Assembly (NCBI GenBank): GCA_028286585.1
Contig: JAQBRI010000009.1
Location: forward strand, 28,010-92,009
Direction of reading: 5' to 3'
Length of the DNA stretch: 64,000 nucleotides
Source: Candidatus Kaiserbacteria bacterium
GTDB lineage: Bacteria > Patescibacteriota > Minisyncoccia > Phycocordibacterales > UBA2100
This document shows positions 58,480 to 64,000 of this stretch, one piece after another (within the stretch, counting starts at the first letter, position 1; each line of letters begins with the position of its first letter). Below the pieces are notes generated by a model. That model was given only the letters and a program-made list of their open reading frames with translations, made no database searches and was not told the DNA's origin. The translations under genes were made by a program, and so were the position numbers.

Positions 58480-58800
58480 TTATTCAACAACCTCTATCGG
58501 GTACACATCGGTTGCGGGCTCTTCGTATGGATGAACTTCTTTAATTGCCTTTAAGATGCCCTTTAGCTTTTCCTCCGAGCACACTGTCTCGATGCGCTCC
58601 TCTGCCGTTTTTTCAAGCTTTCCTACTTCGCCAACGGTTGGATTACTTCCTTCCCCTGGCATAAATTGGCCCGTACCTTTGATGGTGAACATGCAGTGCG
58701 TATAGTTGCCTATAACGCCGGCCCCCGCATTCCCCATCGCCTCTCGCAACTTGTCTGCATGCGATTCTGGAACATATACGACGATCTTAAACTTTTTCAT
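58480..58800 (-). CDS. small NIF3/YqfO-related PII-fold-like protein
   Basis: 106 aa. 'FKIVVYVPESHADKLREAMGNAGAGVIGNYTHCMFTIKGTGQFMPGEGSNPTVGEVGKLEKTAEERIE...HPYEEPATDVYPI' follows the ~100-aa stand-alone NIF3-related family pattern as I remember it. Confidence 0.6.
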   Translation of the reverse strand: MKKFKIVVYVPESHADKLREAMGNAGAGVIGNYTHCMFTIKGTGQFMPGEGSNPTVGEVGKLEKTAEERIETVCSEEKLKGILKAIKEVHPYEEPATDVYPIEVVE

Positions 58801-58920
58801 ATATCTCCATAGTAGCGCTTTTATCTGGATGTGGAAATGCCATTTTTAAAAAGTAGACAAGGGTGTCATCTAGGAGTACTGTTTTCTTAGGAATAAGTTC
58901 CTAACAGAAAGGCAATAGCA

Positions 58921-59655
58921 ATGAGTGACCTGGATCTCTCTGCCGAGCTGAACGCCTTCATTGAGAAGGTAGGTGTCAAAAACGGTTTCGAGCTCAGTAA
59001 CCTGCCCGAGAACGCGCTGTTCGAAATTCATACGCGGAACAGCGTGTACACCATCGTCGTCCTCGATCCTCAAAACGGCGCCATCGCGCTTATGGGCTCA
59101 CGGCCTGATTACAAGGAACCCGACATCTTTGCCTTTTTCGGTTCATCCTTTGGGATGAGCACGTCGGTAACCAGAGTCGGCTGGGTTGGCATCGGTCTTC
59201 ATTTCCGTATGCGATCACTGGATGGTGGACTTTTCACGACCACCGAGGTCAAGCATTTCGTAATGCTCAATGATCCAAGCAAGGCGCTCAGTATCAGAAA
59301 GAGGGCGGAAGCGAAACGTCCTGACGCCCTGATACCTGAGACCGAAGATGAACTAGCTCTGTGGCAAAAGAATTTCGATAAAGAGATCGAGTCCAACTTC
59401 GCAGGAGAATATCTTCCAATCGTGCAGAAGTGGCTTGCCAAGTTCTGCATAAATGGCAAATGCAGGGCGGCGACATTCTTCTTTGCAGCCAAAAGCGCCG
59501 GCAGGCTCAAAGAGGCACTTCTTCTTATGCCTCGTCACTACAAAGAGCATTGGATGTACAAGCATCCAGATATTTGCGGTGACTTGATAACACCATCGGA
59601 CACCTACCAGTGGGAAAAGGCTTACAAGGAAGCGGGCATTCCAGCTCCCTCGTAA
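58921..59655 (+). CDS. hypothetical protein (compositionally GC-richer than surroundings by eye)
   Basis: 244-aa ORF with a clean terminator downstream. No motif was recognised. Confidence 0.6.
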   Translation: MSDLDLSAELNAFIEKVGVKNGFELSNLPENALFEIHTRNSVYTIVVLDPQNGAIALMGSRPDYKEPDIFAFFGSSFGMSTSVTRVGWVGIGLHFRMRSLDGGLFTTTEVKHFVMLNDPSKALSIRKRAEAKRPDALIPETEDELALWQKNFDKEIESNFAGEYLPIVQKWLAKFCINGKCRAATFFFAAKSAGRLKEALLLMPRHYKEHWMYKHPDICGDLITPSDTYQWEKAYKEAGIPAPS

Positions 59656-59681
59656 CTTCAAACCCTGAATTGTGAACCTAG

Positions 59682-59714
59682 AATCCGCGCAAGAAATTGC
59701 GCGGATTATTTTTG
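59682..59714 (+). terminator. rho-independent terminator
   Basis: aatccgcgcaa-gaaa-ttgcgcggatt 11-bp stem followed by attttttg. Confidence 0.85.
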
Positions 59715-59728
59715 TAATTATATGTAAC

Positions 59729-59949
59729 TTGACAAGTGTTATACATATGTCATTATGAAATATATGAATCACTTAATGCGCAGAATTATTACATGTAATT
59801 CCACCTACTCCAGTGGGTTGTCTTTTGCTATGCAGAATGACAAAAACACCATGTTTATATTCAGCCGTGATTTCTCTACTCAATCGTAAAGCAAGACGAT
59901 ACCAAAATTAGAAAGACCTCGGCTGAATAAAAGCCGAGGTCTTTTATTT
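59729..59949 (+). ncRNA. candidate orphan transcription unit (small RNA or <45-aa ORF): TTGACA box ... terminator
   Basis: TTGACA lies at 59729-59734, with CATTAT 16 nt downstream. About 160 nt of sequence follows with no ORF in the track. A strong terminator at 59914-59949 reads agacctcggct-gaataaa-agccgaggtct + tttattt. The only short frame (ATG 59755/59764 to TAA, ~41-44 codons) has no visible SD. Confidence 0.3.
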
Positions 59950-59989
59950 AGCAGAACAAAAATGCTCTTTCATATAAGGATATTCAAAG

Positions 59990-60571
59990 ATGAGCGACAT
60001 CGTATTTAGACAAGGTAAGCGTGTATTGCTTCGCCCATTGGAGCGAGCAGACATCCCTACCCTTCGGCGGTGGATGAATGATCCCGAGATAACCCAGTTC
60101 CTGATGCGAGCCTTTCCACTCATGGAAAAAGAGGAGGAGGAATGGATCGAGAACAAGCACATGAACCAGAATGATGTTGCTTTGGGAATCGTTACGGTTG
60201 AGAATAAGAAACTCATCGGCTCGATAGGACTCCACGGTATCAACTGGCAACATCGCACAGCAACAACTGGCACTGTACTTGGCGAAAAGGAATGTTGGGG
60301 AAAGGGTTACGGAACTGAAGCAAAAATGCTTCTGCTTGATTTTGCCTTCAATACCCTCGACCTGTACGGTGTTGTCTCTCGTGTTCTCTCCCACAACGGG
60401 CGCAGTCTCGCATATGGAAAAAAGTGCGGATACGAAGAAGTCGGCCGATTACCGCAATGGATACGCAGACAAAACGGTGAGCGGTGCGACGAAGTACTAC
60501 TCATCGTTACGCAAGAAAAGTGGGGGCCATTGTGGCAGGAATATCTAAAAAATAGAAAAGCTGCCGAATAA
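59990..60571 (+). CDS. GNAT-family N-acetyltransferase (RimJ/RimL-like)
   Basis: 193 aa with 'LLRPLERADIPTLRRWMNDPEITQFL' and 'WGKGYGTEA...LDFAFNTLDLYGV', the acetyl-CoA motif A region. Confidence 0.85.
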   Translation: MSDIVFRQGKRVLLRPLERADIPTLRRWMNDPEITQFLMRAFPLMEKEEEEWIENKHMNQNDVALGIVTVENKKLIGSIGLHGINWQHRTATTGTVLGEKECWGKGYGTEAKMLLLDFAFNTLDLYGVVSRVLSHNGRSLAYGKKCGYEEVGRLPQWIRRQNGERCDEVLLIVTQEKWGPLWQEYLKNRKAAE

Positions 60572-60577
60572 GTACTT

Positions 60578-60605
60578 AGGGACGGTCACCACCGTCCCTT
60601 TTTTA
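60578..60605. terminator. hairpin terminator between convergent genes
   Basis: agggacggt-cacc-accgtccct stem followed by ttttttatt. Confidence 0.8.
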
Positions 60606-60628
60606 TTTCTTAATATTATATTTGGCAA

Positions 60629-62635
60629 TTACTCTAAAACTTCTTGAACGATTCCTTGTACAGAATCACCTTCTTCAGGAATTATAGGTTGATGACTTTT
60701 GTTGGTACTTTTTGGTAACAAAATTCTGCGTCCATCTTTTTTGTCATACATTTTAATAGTCACGTTATCACCAAGCAATGCAACTACCCTATCACCAGTT
60801 TCTCCTTTTTCCGCAAATCTACACAGAACCAGATCTCCATCATTTATGCCTGCCAAGTCCATAGAATCCCCGTTCGCACGCAGTATAAAGTAAGTGGCAC
60901 CTGCCCTAAGTTTCGACTTTGGAACCATTATTTCATCTTCAATATTTTCTTCTCCGAGCAAGGGACTTCCGCACGGTGCCGAACCCACGATCGGCACTTG
61001 AACCATTGCAACCGTAATTGGAGATTTTATAGGTTGATACTCGTTATCTGATAAAACCGCCTGCTTATCGGAAAACATTGACGAAAAATATTTTCTTAAT
61101 TCCTCATCCACAACATAAACAAATGTGCCTTTTATTCCTCGTGTTAACAATGTCTTATAGATATTTGTAATATATCCCTTGAGTTCTTCAGGGTCCGATA
61201 TTGATCTCTTCCCGTTAATATCTTTGTATTTCTTTTCATCAATAATAATGCGTTTTGCTATTGGATCATATGAAAATTCAGGTCCTATGATTACGCCGGT
61301 GTAATTTAGATCATATCCCTGTACAGTGTGAATACATCCAACTTCATTTAGAGAGTTTTTTGAATTAACCCAATCTATATTCGTGCTATTCCAGGTAAGT
61401 TGTAAGCCATCAATCTCGATATCATGACCCGGTTTGTTTCCTTTTGTTTTCCACGACCAGGCATATCCTGCAACGAGACGCGCTAATTTATGCTCTGCGT
61501 CCTTGGTTTTGATATCTTCAACCATATCGCGAATTGAGTCGTACATTTTAAATTCATAGTTTGAAAATCGAGGCTGTTCTACATGACGGCCTTCAAGTAA
61601 ATTGTCTACGAATCGCAAATAATCTTCACCTGCATTGATACGCATCTGGCTTACCAATTCAAACTCTTTTGCATCAAGTTTAGAAAAATCTGTAGCTTGT
61701 ACGTCTCCCGGGACGACATTTTGTTTTTTGTCGTAGAAGAATATTTGTTTTTTAGAGCACTTCATTACCCAATCAAGCTGTGTACCTTCCTTTGCCAGGC
61801 CTAACGCACGATTCGTTTGATCATAGGAGCCAAAGTTTGCTAGATTTACTCTTCGTCGAAGCCTATGTGCTTCATCAACAATAAGTAAATCATATTCTTT
61901 TTTCACAACATCACTCGGTCCAATCACCATTTCGACCCCAAGACCTGGAACTCTTTTTACTACTCTTTGTAGTGTTGCTCGTAAACCTGTCATTGGAACA
62001 ACAAGGGCAATCTTAAGATGACTTGTTTCCGAGGTTTCCTTAAGATGTTTGAGCAAATACATTGCGAGTATCGATTTACCAGTACCCGGATTACCATGGA
62101 CGATATGGGTCGAAACTTTATTTGCTTTTATACTTTCCTCGAGTGCTGTTGCAACTTCAAGCTGATCTTCTGTAAGTGCTTTATATGGAGAGTACTTAAA
62201 AAACTCACTGTTTTTTATCGAATGTAAATCTTCTTTAACGAGCCCGAGTTCTTGTAGTTTTGGCCATATAACATCCAATTTGGCTTGATATTTTTCCTTT
62301 TCGAAATAGTTATGATTTATTAAACCACCATTCCCATTTTGCAGTTTAAATACACCATCAGCAGAAACATATTGGATAAGTAAGGATTCGAAATCAAAGG
62401 CAGAGGAAAGATTAAATTCTTCATCTGTAAGTACGTGGATTCTTTTTAAGCGACGTCTATTCTCATTAAGGTCGTAATGTTGTTTACTTCTTGAGTAAAG
62501 AGTGGTCGTCTGTCCAATATACATCTCACTACCATTTTCTTGGATGTATACGACTGGCCAATTTAGGCCATAGTGAAAATCTCTGAGTTTATCAAAGTCT
62601 TTGCGATCAAAGGGGAAAGTTTTGATCTCTACCAT
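60629..62635 (-). CDS. three-domain fusion: GIY-YIG-like nuclease + DUF2075/Schlafen-like P-loop ATPase(helicase) + LexA/UmuD-type S24 peptidase domain
   Basis: 668 aa. The N-terminus 'WPVVYIQENGSEMYIGQTTTLYSRSKQH' is GIY-YIG-like. It has Walker A 'HGNPGTGKSILAMYL' and Walker B-like 'YDLLIVDEAHRL'. The C-terminus 'VPIVGSAPCGSPLLGEE...ILRANGDSMDLAGINDGDLVLCRF...VTIKMY' aligns with LexA/UmuD, with the GDSM Ser and the Lys 37 residues apart. Confidence 0.75.
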   Translation of the reverse strand: MVEIKTFPFDRKDFDKLRDFHYGLNWPVVYIQENGSEMYIGQTTTLYSRSKQHYDLNENRRRLKRIHVLTDEEFNLSSAFDFESLLIQYVSADGVFKLQNGNGGLINHNYFEKEKYQAKLDVIWPKLQELGLVKEDLHSIKNSEFFKYSPYKALTEDQLEVATALEESIKANKVSTHIVHGNPGTGKSILAMYLLKHLKETSETSHLKIALVVPMTGLRATLQRVVKRVPGLGVEMVIGPSDVVKKEYDLLIVDEAHRLRRRVNLANFGSYDQTNRALGLAKEGTQLDWVMKCSKKQIFFYDKKQNVVPGDVQATDFSKLDAKEFELVSQMRINAGEDYLRFVDNLLEGRHVEQPRFSNYEFKMYDSIRDMVEDIKTKDAEHKLARLVAGYAWSWKTKGNKPGHDIEIDGLQLTWNSTNIDWVNSKNSLNEVGCIHTVQGYDLNYTGVIIGPEFSYDPIAKRIIIDEKKYKDINGKRSISDPEELKGYITNIYKTLLTRGIKGTFVYVVDEELRKYFSSMFSDKQAVLSDNEYQPIKSPITVAMVQVPIVGSAPCGSPLLGEENIEDEIMVPKSKLRAGATYFILRANGDSMDLAGINDGDLVLCRFAEKGETGDRVVALLGDNVTIKMYDKKDGRRILLPKSTNKSHQPIIPEEGDSVQGIVQEVLE

Positions 62636-62637
62636 AT

Positions 62638-63003
62638 CTACAACTGTGTATACTTTGTGTGCCGCCCTTTGGCCTTTGCTACCGGGTATTTCTCACCATT
62701 TTTCTTCATCTTTTTTTCAAGTGCATCAGAAATATCAATTTTAAGATCATTACACATTAGCAGTACCCAATAGAATACATCGGCTAACTCTTCGGCAACA
62801 TCTTCTTTATTTGTCTTTATGTGTGCCTCCATTTCTTCTTTATTTTTCCATTGAAAATGTTCCATGACTTCGGCAGCCTCTAAAACCAAGGAAATGGCTG
62901 TGTCTTTTGGGTTATGAAATTGTTTCCAATCACGAGCGTCACGAAATGAGACCACGAGCTTTTTGAGCTCCGCAAGGCTCTTTTGGGTCTTTTTTGTCGT
63001 CAT
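62638..63003 (-). CDS. MazG-like nucleotide pyrophosphohydrolase (dCTPase/DCTPP1-like small all-alpha type)
   Basis: 121 aa. 'RDWKQFHNPKDTAISLVLEAAEVMEHFQWK' and 'EELADVFYWVLLMCNDLKIDISDALEKKMKKNGEKYP' give the E-x2-E ... E-x2-D metal motif. Its stop is 2 nt upstream of the fusion gene's start. Confidence 0.8.
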   Translation of the reverse strand: MTTKKTQKSLAELKKLVVSFRDARDWKQFHNPKDTAISLVLEAAEVMEHFQWKNKEEMEAHIKTNKEDVAEELADVFYWVLLMCNDLKIDISDALEKKMKKNGEKYPVAKAKGRHTKYTQL

Positions 63004-63076
63004 AGATAGTCAAATAATACTCTTTTTATGAGATAAAGCTAAAGTGTATTCATAATGATGACTGACCCTATTTCTC

Positions 63077-64000
63077 CTAGTATTTCGTACCGATATATAT
63101 ACCGTAGGTACCATAGCATTGATATCCGCCCTTGCCTTTGTGGGGGCGCATGGACGAGTCATGATTATTTCGAGTGAAGCGTTTACCACAAACACCGCAC
63201 TTAAAGATATACTTTAACCCTCCAGAAAAACGTTGCCCTTGTGGACGAAGTGTACGGACAGTCTGCATACGGGGCGCTCTCGGGGCTTTCTCCGGTTTGT
63301 TTGGATCAAACAAGTATCGATCTTCCGGTATTTCACCCGACTTCGACAGTTCAATCGGATACTGCGGTATAAATTTCACATCTGTATTTTCCAGCGTTTC
63401 CACCTTGTCGGAAATGAAGCTACGCATCCCAGGTGGATTGGTGCCTCCACTTTTGTTGTACGCAAAAAAATACTCACGTTCGCTCCCGTCCCTCTTCTGC
63501 ATGTACTTGAGCGAGTACGGCTCCACAGTGCGGTCCGCACCGTTATAGCGGAAGCGCAGAAGCGTTTGGGTACGTGCTGCGTGCATAATAGTAGCGCGAT
63601 GATCAGCATTGAAATAGGCGAATTGGGCGAAGCCGCTGTCAGAATATCCTGCGAACAGCAGTTCTAGATCTGTGGTAAATGCGATGATTGCATCCTCGAC
63701 ACCAATTAAGAATTCCTTGGCACACACCACAGACTTTGCCCATTCCTGCCGATAGTAGTCAAAACCGGTTTTCAACAGGATGCTTTTGAGTACAAAAGGA
63801 TTTCGAGAGAAGATTGTTTTTTGTATTAGCGTGCGCATCACTTCTCCCCTGTCGAGGCTGCCACCCAACTTCTGAATGGAGTAAGCATAGTCAAAAAGAT
63901 CTGGCGCGTGCTGGCGCTGCATCATACATTTCAGCTTTGTGGCGATAATCTCTTCGAGCTTCATACAGCGAATAGTGCATGCCACCTCTTCCGCATCCGA
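63077..64000 (-). CDS. AbiEii/DUF1814-like nucleotidyltransferase C-terminal region + WYL-like domain + C-terminal Zn-ribbon; 5' end beyond the window
   Basis: The frame stays open to position 64000. 'KLEEIIATKLKCMMQRQHAPDLFDYAY' resembles the conserved C-terminal helix of AbiEii-type NTases. 'LLRFRYNGADRTVEPYSLKY...REYFFAYN' is WYL-like. The tail is 'CGVCGKRFTRNNHDSSMRPHKGKGGYQCYG'. Confidence 0.5.
   Translation of the reverse strand, partial: SDAEEVACTIRCMKLEEIIATKLKCMMQRQHAPDLFDYAYSIQKLGGSLDRGEVMRTLIQKTIFSRNPFVLKSILLKTGFDYYRQEWAKSVVCAKEFLIGVEDAIIAFTTDLELLFAGYSDSGFAQFAYFNADHRATIMHAARTQTLLRFRYNGADRTVEPYSLKYMQKRDGSEREYFFAYNKSGGTNPPGMRSFISDKVETLENTDVKFIPQYPIELSKSGEIPEDRYLFDPNKPEKAPRAPRMQTVRTLRPQGQRFSGGLKYIFKCGVCGKRFTRNNHDSSMRPHKGKGGYQCYGTYGIYIGTKY

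Noticed and set aside
58887-58904. A 7-bp inverted repeat (ttaggaa-taag-ttcctaa) 17 nt upstream of the 58921 start codon, as an operator.
   Set aside because: It is short and AT-rich, and stems of this size are expected by chance in AT-rich intergenic DNA. It is noted but not called.

Overview
The window holds about 60 protein genes and 2 tRNAs, tightly packed. It uses the standard genetic code: pilB ends at a TGA stop at 26028-26030, and the other stops checked (folA TAG, thyA TAA) are ordinary. There are no rRNA genes, CRISPR arrays, transposases or integrases. The gene content is reduced metabolism, type IV pilus genes, GH57/GH15 glycogen genes, PG-binding secreted proteins and cohesin/dockerin-like modules. 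This suggests a small-genome, monoderm CPR/Patescibacteria (Parcubacteria-like) organism, which is an inference I could not test by search.

Layout:
- 1-6.5 kb: FMN_bind protein plus a membrane FNR-like oxidoreductase, an SPFH protein, DUF1993 and an ABC-2 exporter.
- 6.5-13.2 kb: a complete thymidylate-cycle cluster (folA, thyA, dut, dCMP deaminase, glyA) with a CofE-like ligase, a cytidylyltransferase and two HIT/GalT-branch paralogs embedded in it.
- 14-20.8 kb: a glucose/glycogen cluster (ROK kinase, PGI/PMI, GH15, GH57, glycogen-synthase-like GT).
- 20.9-27.4 kb: a type IV pilus operon (major pilin, four pilin-like proteins including an LVIVD beta-propeller fusion, pilC, pilB).
- 27.4-36.6 kb: housekeeping and small genes (FAD oxidase, VIT, NUDIX, SET-domain protein, hisS, exonuclease, tRNA-Phe, tRNA-Arg, glutaredoxin).
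- 36.6-57.4 kb: the stand-out locus. It is a co-directional set of a MarR regulator, a 17,826-nt gene for a 5,941-aa surface protein, and two membrane-anchored cohesin-like proteins. The giant protein has a signal/anchor, a beta-helix-like head, about 50 GLUG-like Gly/Ala-rich repeats, 21 FN3 repeats, a 15-Gly linker and a C-terminal dockerin-like module. I read this as a plug-and-socket surface-fibre system.
- 58.9-64 kb: a compositionally mosaic accessory end. It carries a candidate defence-type module: an AbiEii-like/WYL/Zn-ribbon protein cut by the window edge, a MazG-like pyrophosphohydrolase, and a GIY-YIG + DUF2075/Schlafen-like ATPase + LexA/UmuD-type S24 peptidase fusion.

All family assignments come from motif recognition by eye on the supplied translations. 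No database search or computation was run.
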